From a virus, in IMG/VR virus record IMGVR_UViG_3300037549_000096: a DNA stretch of 64,000 bases; one strand, 5' to 3'. Numbering within the stretch: position 1 is the first letter of the stretch; each line of letters starts with the position of its first letter. This document shows positions 1-11,370 of the stretch, piece by piece. The notes under the pieces are model-generated. The model was given only the letters and a program-made list of their open reading frames with translations, did not search any database and was not told the origin of the DNA. The translations under genes were made by a program, and so were the position numbers.

Positions 1-301
1 GAGAAATACCCCCAGCCATTCCACCTACTCTAACTATCTTTCCCCATTTATTATTGAATTCTTCTGCAATATCAGATGGAATACCAGGACCACTAGCAGA
101 ATAGTAATACCAGAGTCGCTTAAATATCCATCCAGCAAAAGAACCTACAATACTAGTTGGTACTTCTCCGCATGAATTAATGAAGACCGGAAAATCAACT
201 ACTTCAATACCTGCTTCTGTAAGTTCTTTTCTTACGATCTCTTGTACTTCTGAATCTACTTTTGGATTATCTCTATCCACTTGTCGAGCTAGATTTATCA
301 T
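1..301 (-). CDS. phage hypothetical protein, partial (runs off the window)
   Basis: ATG at 301 opens MINLARQVDRDNPKVDSEVQEIVRKELTEAGI...GEVPTSIVG..GWIFKRLWYYY, with no stop before position 1; absent from the ORF track. Confidence 0.7.
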   Translation of the reverse strand, partial: MINLARQVDRDNPKVDSEVQEIVRKELTEAGIEVVDFPVFINSCGEVPTSIVGSFAGWIFKRLWYYYSASGPGIPSDIAEEFNNKWGKIVRVGGMAGGIS

Positions 302-3300
302 GATTAGCCTCTAAATATTTATTTAATTTATAAAATAGTTTTCCAATTTTGTATGGAATAGTAATAAACCAGAATAAAACCTTAATTAAAAATATAAATA
401 AAGTACTGTCTTTTTCTAATACCTCTTCATTTACTTCTCCCATTAAAAAGAAAATAGAAAACACAAAACCAAAAAGATAAATCTTTAAAGTAAGTAAAAC
501 TAATTCCATTTCGCTTGTCATAACGTCATTCTAAGAATGTATTCTTTTGCTTTCTTTGCATCTGTTTCATGAAATAGAGTAGGATGACCTTCGATCTTAT
601 GGTTGTTCATGAACCATTGACCAAATCTCAAAGGTCTTCCTAGCGCACACCATTGGTTATATTCATCACCAATTTGCCATGCCTCAAACATACGAGTTTG
701 AATTTGAAGATTCATACAAGTCCCGTATGTTGAATTGGTTGATTAGGGAAATGAATAAGTACTCGTGAAACACGCTTAATTTCATCATCATGTTCTACGT
801 GAATCACTTCTGCATCTACTTCGTATTTATCACATTGAATTGTATTTTCTGTAATTTTAACAGGGCCTAATGCTCGATGCATTAGAACATCGCCGGGTTT
901 AACTAGACTCACTTGTTTCTCCTTAAAAGTATGTAAATCGTTTTACATTAAGAGGATTAATAAAACCCCATGCTTTGAGATTGATTTGCTTATCGTAATC
1001 TGTTACTGAAATATCTAGATCTTTCTTATCAAAATAAACAAAAGTAATCCCCTGTCTTGCTTGTGTAATTTTGTAAGTTTGTTCATCAATTTTAAATAAA
1101 ACTTCAGAAATAAAACTAGAATTCGGATCAAGAACAATCCACCTTTTTTGAATATATTTATTCATTTGAGTAAAAACTTTTATAGCATGATCCCAGCGAG
1201 ACTTTTGAAGTTTATTCATCTTCATTTCCCTTAAAAATGATTTCAATACCATCATCTTCTAGACGCAATTCCACGATTGGTTGATTTTCTCGTTCTTGTA
1301 AAATACGAGTTAAACTATCCCAAGTAATGAATGATTTAGGTTCATCCTCATTACTATCGTTTGCAACCGCCTCTAGAAGATCTACAAAACGTTCGTTAAA
1401 TGTGACTCTCAATGGAATGCTCGTTTAAGAGCATCACAAAGTTCTGGAATAGGAATTTGCGAAGTATATTCACGGTTAAAATGCTTTTTAATAAATTCCA
1501 TGTATTCTTCACCACCTCCATCCATACCAAAACCCATAATAAATCCAATTTCAGACCAATCCATGCAGTATTTAAAGATATAAATCAAATACCCATGAGG
1601 TGAACAACTATCTCTAAGACAAGTATGATCATATGGATGTGTATTTTTTTTTAATTCTTGTACATTTTTCAAAAAATTGATCTGTATTTTTACAATTTTT
1701 ACTTGTTTTAAGAAGCCATACCCAACCAGTAGTACAAGGATCTGTTTCTTTTACAATTTGCTTGAATGTTTCGATATGCATTTTTAAAACCTTTCATAAA
1801 GATCTAAAAACTCTTCTTTATGTAATGTGGAAGGTTGATCTTGTGGTCTGGAAACAATACCAAACATTATAAAACCTCTATAATCAGCTTTGACTTCTAC
1901 GAGCGTTTTATTAAGTTTGTTTTTCCAGCAACCAAGATTCGATGGTTCTTTAAGAGCTTTGTGTGATGGGTATTTATGTCCACGTTCACAGATATCATTA
2001 CCATTAAGTCTACGTTCTCTAGCAAAACAAGCAGCACCACACTGAGGACAATAACCTAGTTCACTCATGATGCATAAGCTCCTTTACTAATAAGAAGATT
2101 AAGAGTATGAGGCCAACGAACTTGAACATCTGCTTTAATTTCAGCACGATGTTTTTCGTCTTCTCTTTCAGTATGGTTATGAATTTGTTCTAATTGTAGA
2201 GTGATTTCTTCTTTTTCTGATAGATACATGTAAATTCTCCTAAAAAGGTTTATTTAAAATATTAATCCCTCGCTTGAAGAACAATATCAAGACAAAGTTC
2301 TTTACCTTTTTCCGACATAGGTAAACCCTTCTTTTCCATATCTTCAAATGTCTTATTCATCCAATTTGTAAGAGACTGATCACGATGCTCTTTGGTTGGA
2401 TGAAGAATTTTCTGAGCTTCTTCAACCGTATTTGCAAATCCTAGAATTTCATAAGCTGAATAACGATTGTAATCACCTTCATATCCAGTAATGAATTCAT
2501 TTCCTTCTTTCTTATGATGAAGGACGATAAATGGCATAATACGAGCGTCCATTACTTTCTCCCAATCTTATTAGCTGTTTCTTTTTGAAGGGATGCACTC
2601 TTAAGCTTGGTTTCCATATCTTCAAAACAATGAAATTTATAAAGAGTAATCACTTCTTTTGTTCCCTGTCCTTCAAGTTGAACTAGCTTATAATGGTTTG
2701 TATCTTCACCGATAACTTTAAATATTCCATTACCAAAATTACGATCTTTATTAATCTTAACAATTTTCATATGTATCCTTTTTATAAAGAAAAGTTATCT
2801 TCATCTAATTGATAGTCTTCAAGATCCATACCAAGTGGCTTCCTTGGCTTAAGTTCAATACCTAGTTCCTTCATATATGCTTTAGTTCCTTCTTTATCAT
2901 TGATAAGATCAAGACGAAGAAGTTCACCCATTTGTTGAAGATGCTTAGTTTTGGTTCTTTTAAGTTTAAACGCAAATGCAAATGCACGTTCAAAAGCTTC
3001 ATGAAGTTCATAAATCAACTTAAGAACTTCGGCGTCTTTGTCTGATTCTAGTAGTTCTTTAGCCTGTATACAACGTAAAAGAAAATCTGATCTATTCGTT
3101 CCTTCAATCATATAAACCTCTAAATAAAATTATGTAAAGGAAATGTCAAGGGAGCTATCTCCCTTGCCTTGTTATTTGTTGATGATCTGAATGAATGAAA
3201 GCCCTTGTCTTTTGCCTTCTACGATTTTACTTCCAATCGCATAGGCAACGAACATGAGAACGGGAATCATGAGCAGTACTAAGAACTTTTCTGAAGTTCT

Positions 3301-3605
3301 TAGGGGAGGATTTTTCTTGAACATAAGCCTAGTTCCTCCATTAAAGGTTTGACTTGTGCCATAAAAATACATCGTCATGCCATCATCCTTTCTTCTTCAC
3401 ATGCTTTATTAACACACCATCGACAATCGTGATGATGACGTTCAAACTTCGCTGGTCCTTCGATAATCGCGTTATTAAGTTCATCATGAGAAAGAATACC
3501 GTCAATCATAACGACTGATAAATCTCTAGTAATACCACCTTTCCATGTTTCATTAGCTTGAAGAGTGATTAGAGTGATGTTTTCGGAAAGGCTTTCTTTT
3601 TGCAC
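273..3605 (-). other. cluster of ~14 small tightly packed hypothetical phage genes
   Basis: ORF track; overlapping ATGA/TAATG junctions and GGAG/GAGG RBSs; no recognisable domains. Confidence 0.75.
3147..3166 (-). terminator. putative intrinsic terminator
   Basis: caagggag-ctat-ctcccttg hairpin immediately after the stop of 3172..3378, with a T-rich tail on the minus strand. Confidence 0.55.
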
Positions 3606-3634
3606 AAATGCTCCTATTAAGTTTATTTAAACAA

Positions 3635-4315
3635 AGGGTGCCGATACTTAGACAGTCGGCAATTGTTTCTGTTCCTTATACAATAGGTTATATCCCTGTT
3701 TCCACCTATTGATGCTCTCGGTTTCTGTAGACGGAACAAATCGTCTGGGAATATGCTTAGGAGTAGCTTTGCGATAGGCGATGTTCTCGATCACCGTTCT
3801 GCTCTAAGAAACCCTAGTCATAAGCATTAACTTATGATATGTATCAAACTAGGGCTTCTTAGAACAGAAATAAGTCCGTTTTCTGGATATACGGACAAAC
3901 CCAAAGTCTTACATATACATAGCGGTATGGACCTTTTCGGTTTTCTCCATACTTCTAACGATGGTAAGTTGCTCCTCGTTAGCATGTTAACCCTCACATA
4001 TCTTTGATTCTGTGAGTTCCTACGCTTTTTCAGGGTATGCATCCCCTTATCTAACGTAGCAAGACGTTCCGTTTGCAGTAACGGTAGTGTCCCGAGCTTG
4101 TAATTTCCCTAACAGTGTGCCTCTGTTAGCAAAATTACTTAGCTGTTGTAGATCCACCTGTCCTACAGGCAATTAATGTATGGTTGATTATGACGCCTCC
4201 ACCATACACCGGAAACATAAAGTTTCCTGAATCTACTTCTCGGCTTTGAGCGCGCCACTTCCGAACTATATTAGCTTCGGAAGTGGCCCTAGCAGCCCTC
4301 CCATTAAGTAGGGAA
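3635..4315 (-). ncRNA. large structured non-coding RNA candidate, family unassigned
   Basis: GC-elevated intergenic block tiled by more than 12 stems, e.g. 3797-3818/3848-3869 (22 bp, both mismatches become G.U on the minus strand), 4254-4265/4276-4287 (12 bp perfect), 3639-3661, 3681-3711, 3874-3896, 3925-3952, 3955-3982, 3993-4016, 4100-4138, 4177-4208, 4211-4227. Confidence 0.75.
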
Positions 4316-4681
4316 TCACTGTGCAAGATATTCAATACCATCACTAGTAGTAATGGTTTGAATAGCTTTTGTTTCTTCTTTTGTTGGTGGACGATACAAA
4401 GCAGGACTAATCCTTTTTGTATGTCCACAATGTGAACAAGTTTCCATTACTTCTGGAGTAATGATAAATTTATCCATATCTGATCGCTTGATCAAGCCAA
4501 CATCTTCACCGTTAGTCTGGTCTACTGTATTACGCCAAACAATATCAGCGTTACAGTAAACGATACCTGTTTCAGAAGAAGCAGAAACCATATGATTGCA
4601 GATATCTGACTCACACAATGAATTTTGTGAAGTAAGATGTCCTTTCGAGCAAATTACATCATCGTAACCTTCAAAAGACAT
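4316..4681 (-). CDS. Cys/His-rich (zinc-ribbon-like) hypothetical protein
   Basis: CSKGH, CSHCG motifs; GGAGG RBS. Confidence 0.65.
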   Translation of the reverse strand: MSFEGYDDVICSKGHLTSQNSLCESDICNHMVSASSETGIVYCNADIVWRNTVDQTNGEDVGLIKRSDMDKFIITPEVMETCSHCGHTKRISPALYRPPTKEETKAIQTITTSDGIEYLAQ

Positions 4682-4741
4682 GTTACCTCCGAAGTTAAAA
4701 GAAAGAAACGTTCAAACGTAGATTAGTTATATTCCTTATCC

Positions 4742-4758
4742 ATACTTCTTATACCAGA
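4742..4758 (-). promoter_or_regulatory. putative phage promoter motif TCTGnTATAAGAAGTAT, copy 1
   Basis: 16/17 identical to the intergenic copy at 11371-11387; contains a TGnTATAAG extended -10-like core; lies upstream of a minus-strand gene start. Confidence 0.5.
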
Positions 4759-4759
4759 A

Positions 4760-6364
4760 TTAAGTCTTTATTTGCACGTAACTATTTCTTACATGAGCAG
4801 GACGAATAAAACGAATATAATCATAATTAATTAACTCAACAGAACCATTTCTTAACTCAACAATAGCCAATGTATGATGCATTGGAATATTATCTACTAA
4901 TTGTGAGTCAATAGTCCATTGATGAAAAGTAGCTTCCTCTACGTCTACTTTTACTCCTTCTACATACCTTTGGATCATGACTTTTCGCATATCATTCCTT
5001 ATTATTCTCTACTATATACTTCAATGCTTCTCTTTCTACCATTTGTTGAGCTAATGCTAACCAAGATGATCCAGTAAATTGAACCATTCTTCCCAACTCA
5101 CGAACTTTACCATTCTTAAGAATGCCTGTTTCTATCCATTCAAGTAATTCTTTAGCACATTCCACTCGATTTACATGAGTAAATAACTCAGCTTCATTCA
5201 TTAACTCTGAAGGTGTCATACAATCTCCGCAATATGCATCGTTGCGGATAGAAGTTTAACACTTTCATTTTGAGTAGATTCTGTAGGTTCCCAAAATTTA
5301 CCAGTTTGAAGATTAACTACACCAAACTTTGTATTAGGATAAACTAGTCGATTAGTTACGCATATTTCTACTCTCATAAGAATCTTATTATCTTCTGTTT
5401 TAAAGATTTGTCCAATCTCCATATGATGCATTTTGTATTTAGGGTATTGAACTGGAGGGTCTTCGATAAACCTAAGCACTCTGTCTCCTTTTTGTTATAA
5501 TGGTAGCATCTAGAAGAATGACTTTTTCGGAAAGCTGCTCCCTACTTGGATACATAACTAAACCTATATTAAGATTTAAAATGGCAGGAACATTATCTCT
5601 ATTCTGCACTTCAACTTTCATAAAATGACAATTTCCATGTTTAAAAATAACTCCTTTTGGTACATCTGCCATCATAACACCATTAGGAATAGGATCTTCT
5701 TCCACAAACTTGATACTAGTCATTTTAGTCCTTTGAGAGTATTGGTGAAGCATTAAACTTCTCCATCATCAAATACGTGATATACCAAACTACCACCTTG
5801 TAATTGGAATGTTCCAATATAGTGACTCGGCCATTTTTCTCTATGATAATTTGTTTCTATGATAATAATTTTTCGTTTTACATAAATAGTTGATTCAAAG
5901 GCTACCCAAATTTGAGGTAAGCCATCTTGAATTTGTACACATAAAATCTGTGCAAAAGCTGGCATTTCAATTTCTTGATTATCAACAATGCTTAATGTGT
6001 ATTTGTATATTTGCATCATGTTCCTTTCTTAGCAAACAAGTTTCAAAATCACATAATGGAGTACATACATTAGTGCAATTTTGTTTTAAATGTAACTTAC
6101 AGCTAAAGAATGGGTCAGTCTCCATCCATTTTAAGATTGTGAGAGACATTTTGGTTTCCTTATAGAAGGTTTAATATATTTCATAATAAAATCAGGATCA
6201 TTTAAAACAATATGATTATATGGGTCATTTATATCGGCTCCAATGGTCAAAATCCACATATCTTGCTCAAATCTCGCCGTTAATGGCTGGCTCCAATTGA
6301 TCTTGAATATCAGATACACTTTCTTCGGGATAACTTTCATCTTTGATACAGGTATCCACTTCAT
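4760..6364 (-). other. cluster of small hypothetical genes, including the paralog pair 5216..5479 and 5472..5753
   Basis: ORF track; shared F(I/V)E(E)DP..IFK..M(R/K)VE..NL..G..V.LL.AT pattern in the pair. Confidence 0.65.
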
Positions 6365-6923
6365 TTAAACTCCTTAATCCTCTTAATGGTAGAAAATTAT
6401 TAGAAATTTCTTTACATGGATTATTCATCTTAATCTCACTAAAACACCATGTGAAATTATGATAAATATAATCTTTAATACGCCATTTATAGCGAACTTC
6501 ATAAACTGATTTTAATCTATTGAAATTATATTGAAACATTTGTTTCAATGTATAGCGTTTTGTACATCCACTAAAACCACATGCGCCTTTCCAATCTGTG
6601 TCTTGATCAGGAAAAGTTCTACACATTTTAGGACGATCATCATAAATCAAACAATTACCTGTGATATTACAATGATGTTTACATGTGTAGTAATGAGTAT
6701 TGCTATATTCTTTATGTTTGAAATGATTTGATGAAAGAACTTTTTTAGCTGATTCTGGAAATTTATTAGGATCATTACCTAAATAAATAACCATATTTAA
6801 AACTTGTTGTGCCTCTGAATCATCTTTATAAAATTCTCTTTTATGTTCGATTTGATCAGGTGCAAGCCAGGGTAATATAAACGATTTACAACAATGTCCT
6901 GAACATCTACGTTCAAACAACAT
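6267..6923 (-). CDS. YkgJ/CxxCxxCC-type zinc- or iron-chelating domain protein
   Basis: RCSGHCC ... CKHH ... CLIYDDRPKMCRTFP. Confidence 0.7.
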   Translation of the reverse strand: MLFERRCSGHCCKSFILPWLAPDQIEHKREFYKDDSEAQQVLNMVIYLGNDPNKFPESAKKVLSSNHFKHKEYSNTHYYTCKHHCNITGNCLIYDDRPKMCRTFPDQDTDWKGACGFSGCTKRYTLKQMFQYNFNRLKSVYEVRYKWRIKDYIYHNFTWCFSEIKMNNPCKEISNNFLPLRGLRSLNEVDTCIKDESYPEESVSDIQDQLEPAINGEI

Positions 6924-7272
6924 ACTATTCCTCTGGTTGAGTAAGTTTAATATCGTTCATGAGGAATTTGCCATGTTTTTGTGCCCAATTATGAATTTCG
7001 TCTATTGTCGCACTTGAATCAAAAATTTTTGTTACGGGACAAACTCTATAATCGTCTGGACCTATCTGATTTGCTAATTCAATAATTGCAACAATTTTCA
7101 TAGACAATCCTCACAAACGGCTGGACCATCGCCGGTAGGTGAAACACAAATAAGATCATAATTAACACGTTTTTTACATATCATACACGTTCTATCGTCT
7201 ATAAATTGATCTATAAGTTTTTCTATATTGTTATTCATTTGTTCAATTGGATCTAGAATATGCATAATATTC

Positions 7273-7755
7273 CTATCTGTTATCCCAATTTTCATTAACT
7301 CTAAATGAGTGAAAACTATCATTACATAAAATAATATGATCTGACAAAGGTAGAGATAAAGTTTCTCCTGATTCTTTACATCTACGAGTTAAAGTAATAT
7401 CTTCTCTTGATGGAACTGGATTACCACTTGGATGATTATGGCACATAACAAAAGAAGTACCACCTAATACGATAGCTGCTCTTAAAATTTGTGCAGGACT
7501 ACATAATGTACCAGTTTCAGTTCCAGAAGAAATAAGTTTATGTCCTATAACTTTACCTTTTGCGTTAAGAGCGAGTAAAATCATATGTTCCTGATTTACG
7601 TCAAGTTCTAGTTGTGCGAATAAAGTACGTAATACATCTACCGCAATACGAGGACTTGTACATGTTGGTGCAAAAGAGTCTGCTACTTCACGAACTACAA
7701 AGGTCTTGGATTTAAATCGATAATCGATCATGACTTCCTTTCTGGTGGACCGCAA
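7273..7755 (-). CDS. radC: RadC-like JAB/MPN domain protein
   Basis: QEHMILLALN...ISSGT...HNHPSGNPVPSREDITLT...DHII. Confidence 0.9.
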   Translation of the reverse strand: MRSTRKEVMIDYRFKSKTFVVREVADSFAPTCTSPRIAVDVLRTLFAQLELDVNQEHMILLALNAKGKVIGHKLISSGTETGTLCSPAQILRAAIVLGGTSFVMCHNHPSGNPVPSREDITLTRRCKESGETLSLPLSDHIILCNDSFHSFRVNENWDNR

Positions 7756-9373
7756 AGAAGTATACGTATGGCTCTTAATTGTTCATTGGTTAATTCAATT
7801 GTTTTAATTCTAACATCAGCCAAAGTAGAAGGAGTGTTAGGTAAACATCGTGTCGTAAATTCTTCCCATATCGGAAATCTATAACCACGAAACTCATCAG
7901 TCATTTCAATGAGCTGATCTAATGCATGACCCATTTCTATCTTCATTGTAAAACGACCTTCTTTTACTCCTTGTCTACGCCATAATTGTTGAAGATTTGC
8001 GTATTCATGATCTGAGAATGATGGCATTAGATTTCCTCATGTTTATAAAATTGTTTAAATGTCCATTTCTCTATCATGAATATCATTTTATTAAAAGACG
8101 GATTGTTTAAGAGTAAATTTTTAGTCTTCCAATCTTCACGTTTATAAATTTTATGTATTAATTTACGTCTAATACGAAAAATTAATGTAACTCTTATTGC
8201 TACTAATATTAATAATGATTCAATTACTAATAATATAATTATCATGAGATTTCCTCATGTTCGATACGTGGATAATTCACACGAAAATCTTTAAGATGCC
8301 CATTCTTACAGGTGTGTTCATAAAGTGGTGGATAAAGCGTGAATACTGATCCTGTTGGACTCATTAATTCTTCACATACATCACAATGATAGTTTATTGC
8401 ATAGGTTTTTACTTCTTTCTTGATTTCGGGCATGATTACTCCGCTAATTTATTAAATAAAGCTTCGTTTGTTTTATACTCTTCTGAATCAGGTAATGGAC
8501 CTGTATATTCTAGATATTCTTTTACAGTATAACCAATAATAATTGCAAGTAGACTTACTGGATCTCTCCCATTAACAGCTTCGTTAGAAGGAGAATATAA
8601 ATGAGTCCAAGGTCCAGCTGTATTATCTCGTAGAATTGTAATCTTAAGATGATCAAGAGGATCTTTCCATCCTGGCTTTCTTAGTCTTTCGATACCTAAC
8701 TCTGCGGCTTCTTTGATCGAGATTAGATTCATTCTGTTTCCTTTTTGATTTGACTCTCGAAACAAGTAAAACCAACTGGATGATTATCTTTATCGTAAAG
8801 AAGATAACCAGTTAATGTAGCTGGAACTTTCTTTACAGCTAATTCTTCATCTTCTAACCCAATTGTCATTGAAGCTGAATAAAGAAAAAGAGGATCATCT
8901 ATATAAGGAAGTGAATGAATAAAACCACCTTGCAAAAGAAACGAAGCAAACGTTTCCATATTATCCATATTAATTTTTACACCTGAAGGTAAGGCTTCTG
9001 TAAGAGCTTTTTTAATTTCTTCATGTGAAGGTGGACGATTTTCTGGATCTGTAAAGAACTCTGGCATTTATTCTCCTTAAAGATAAATAAAATTCTCTTC
9101 TGTTGGATATAATGCGTCTTCTGCTCTAGATTGAGCCATTGCTTGTAGTTCGTCTTTGCATGTATCCATTATATATTCTTCTGCAAACCAAGGTGTTTGC
9201 ATTTTATCAGCTTCTAAATTAGCTTTATCAATTCTAGCTTGAAGATCAGAATTATTTAATTCATCATTAAACCTAATAGCTCCTTCAGTGATTGATTTAA
9301 GTAAATTACTTAGACATATTTTAACTGCTGTTTGTTTTAGTTCGTCTGATAGATCGTTGTAAGTGCGGATCAT
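7728..9373 (-). other. cluster of six small hypothetical genes
   Basis: ORF track, packed head to tail. Confidence 0.65.
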
Positions 9374-9381
9374 TATTTCCC

Positions 9382-10455
9382 CTATAGATTATCAATAAAG
9401 ATTTGAGCTTCTTCTTCTGATTTGAAAGTTTTATCTGGATAGTTTTTAATTTCATCTTTAATACTCATATACTTATAACCATCACCTTTAGGGAAGACGA
9501 TATAAGTCGTATTATCTTTCTTACGCCACATATTACCTGATTGGGCACGTTTCCATTTAGAGTTTTTGTCTTTCTTCGGTGCAGGTCTAGCTTTATCGCT
9601 AAAAACGTTTATGTCTGCATAGTCCATTGCTTCCTGCTCAGTTTGATATTGTTCAGGAAACATAAAACTATTAGAACCGATGATGATATTAACACAATAG
9701 AAAACACCATTACGTTTAATCTTAACCGTAGTGAGATTCTTACGTTTTTCTAAATTATCAAGAATTCTCGTCCATTCACTTGTTGGTTGAGTTTCTTTAT
9801 CTTTAAAAATGGTAATATCAGCATAATTCATAGCATCTTCGGCTTTGCTGAATTTTTTATCATGAGTAACTGTCATTGGTGGAGCATCACCAATTTTAAT
9901 TACCTGTGAAACATAATATTGGTCAATCGTTATATTGAATTTAACGAAAACCGTATTATCACCTTTCTTTTTCTGCCAATCACGGTTATTTGATTGACGC
10001 CAAATACCTTCTTGTTGCTGTGTTTTACCTGCATTCCTAGCATTACCGAAGAAAGTTTTCTTTGTATCTTCTTCAAAGTGTCTTTCAAAGAATTTATCAA
10101 AAAAGTCATGATTTGATTTAAACTTACCAAATTCAAATTGATTAAAATCAAATTCTACTTGATCCTCGAATCTTTGTTGATCTTCAGGTGTTGGTTTACG
10201 AGTAAAACCACTCTTAAAACTAGGATTATACGTATCTTTAATTGGAACTTTATTTTCCAATAAATCAAAGCATACGTTTAGCATTTTCATCTTTTCTTCT
10301 GCATCTTTATCTTTGCAGATATCTGGATGATAAGTTCTAGCAAGATCTTTATAGCGGGATTTAAGGTCGTCAACGCTTATGGTTAAACTGATGCCCATGA
10401 AGCTTGCCGCCTCATGAATGGTTAGTTTCATAGGCTCATTTCCGTTGTGAGACAT
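9382..10455 (-). CDS. DnaJ (J-domain) protein with repeated small C-terminal domains
   Basis: LKSRYKDLARTYHPD...AEEKMKMLN; repeated F/Y..(A/E)..AM(N/D)YADI motif and W.R...GN.W.KK..NT segments. Confidence 0.85.
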   Translation of the reverse strand: MSHNGNEPMKLTIHEAASFMGISLTISVDDLKSRYKDLARTYHPDICKDKDAEEKMKMLNVCFDLLENKVPIKDTYNPSFKSGFTRKPTPEDQQRFEDQVEFDFNQFEFGKFKSNHDFFDKFFERHFEEDTKKTFFGNARNAGKTQQQEGIWRQSNNRDWQKKKGDNTVFVKFNITIDQYYVSQVIKIGDAPPMTVTHDKKFSKAEDAMNYADITIFKDKETQPTSEWTRILDNLEKRKNLTTVKIKRNGVFYCVNIIIGSNSFMFPEQYQTEQEAMDYADINVFSDKARPAPKKDKNSKWKRAQSGNMWRKKDNTTYIVFPKGDGYKYMSIKDEIKNYPDKTFKSEEEAQIFIDNL

Positions 10456-10753
10456 AGGTAAGAGTGTAGTTTATTTCTCTCGCCAATGTCATTGAACGAT
10501 TAAATCCGATGCATAAACCATCTTTAAGTTCGTTTGCTTGCTGAAGCAGTAAATGTTCTGCCTTAAGTTGTTGATTTGCTAATTGCCATGTAGGTGGTGT
10601 TTTATATTTAGAGTTATGTTTTGGATATTTAATAATAGTTTTAACCATATAAATTAGATCGAGTGCTTTTTCTCTATCTACGTTAGCGGATTGCATAACT
10701 AAGACGATTAGATATTCATCATGCATTGGATACCTATCTAAAAAGAATGTTAA

Positions 10754-10772
10754 AGGGGGGTGGAAACCCCCT
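10754..10772 (-). terminator. putative intrinsic terminator
   Basis: G/C-rich hairpin agggggt-ttcca-cccccct followed by ttaacattctttt on the minus strand. Confidence 0.55.
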
Positions 10773-10778
10773 ACGTTG

Positions 10779-11114
10779 TTAGCGTAGAGGTTTCCATCGA
10801 GTTTGAGTATTAACTATTTTACGAGCCTTTTTGATGATCTTGTGAGAATTGACGTATTCATTTAAAAATGTTATAGCATCATTCATCTTTTTAGGTTTAA
10901 GGAACTCAATACGAATTCCAGTTTTTGAAAAATGTTGAAGATATAGACCACTTTCTGTCATTTGTTCATCATTATAAAAAAATAAATCACTAATTATAGC
11001 AAGTAATACAGAACTTGGTTTACTGATAATCCAATTGTGGCGATTATCACTTTTCATTACATGTACATCGATATGATGAAAGTCATCACGGCTCCAAAGT
11101 TGCGATCCCCACAT
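10779..11114 (-). CDS. hypothetical protein (true start may be the downstream MKSDN)
   Basis: ORF track. Confidence 0.55.
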   Translation of the reverse strand: MWGSQLWSRDDFHHIDVHVMKSDNRHNWIISKPSSVLLAIISDLFFYNDEQMTESGLYLQHFSKTGIRIEFLKPKKMNDAITFLNEYVNSHKIIKKARKIVNTQTRWKPLR

Positions 11115-11144
11115 ATCGTACCAGATATGCAGGGATCGCGGTTA

Positions 11145-11297
11145 TTAGATGTTAGCGAAAACCAAATCCTTTCCGCTATCTATTCTATTAAACTCTTGAT
11201 GCAACTCAACAGCGCGAGTATAACTCACGCACATTGAGGTCATGATTTGATGAATTTCAAGCTCTTTCTGACGATCTGATTCCTTACGTCCAGCCAT
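11145..11297 (-). CDS. small hypothetical protein (50 aa, MAGRKESDRQ...)
   Basis: AGGAG RBS upstream of the ATG; first gene after the promoter-like motif; below the track length cut-off. Confidence 0.6.
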   Translation of the reverse strand: MAGRKESDRQKELEIHQIMTSMCVSYTRAVELHQEFNRIDSGKDLVFANI

Positions 11298-11370
11298 GAT
11301 AGACTCCTGTAGCTTAAATAAAGGAAATTATCTAGGCGTAGGCTATTCGCGTAGATAATATAGTTCTCTT

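Noticed and set aside
3635-4315. tRNA array, tmRNA, RNase P or self-splicing intron
   Set aside because: No T-loop/CCA cloverleafs, no RNase P GAGGAAAGUCC, no clear group I P7 or group II domain V, and it does not interrupt a gene. Not formally excluded without a covariance search.
3827-4428. Track ORFs 3827..4042 and 4135..4428 as proteins
   Set aside because: No RBS, atypical composition, and the second overlaps a better gene. They fall in the hairpin-tiled block, which is better explained as structured RNA.
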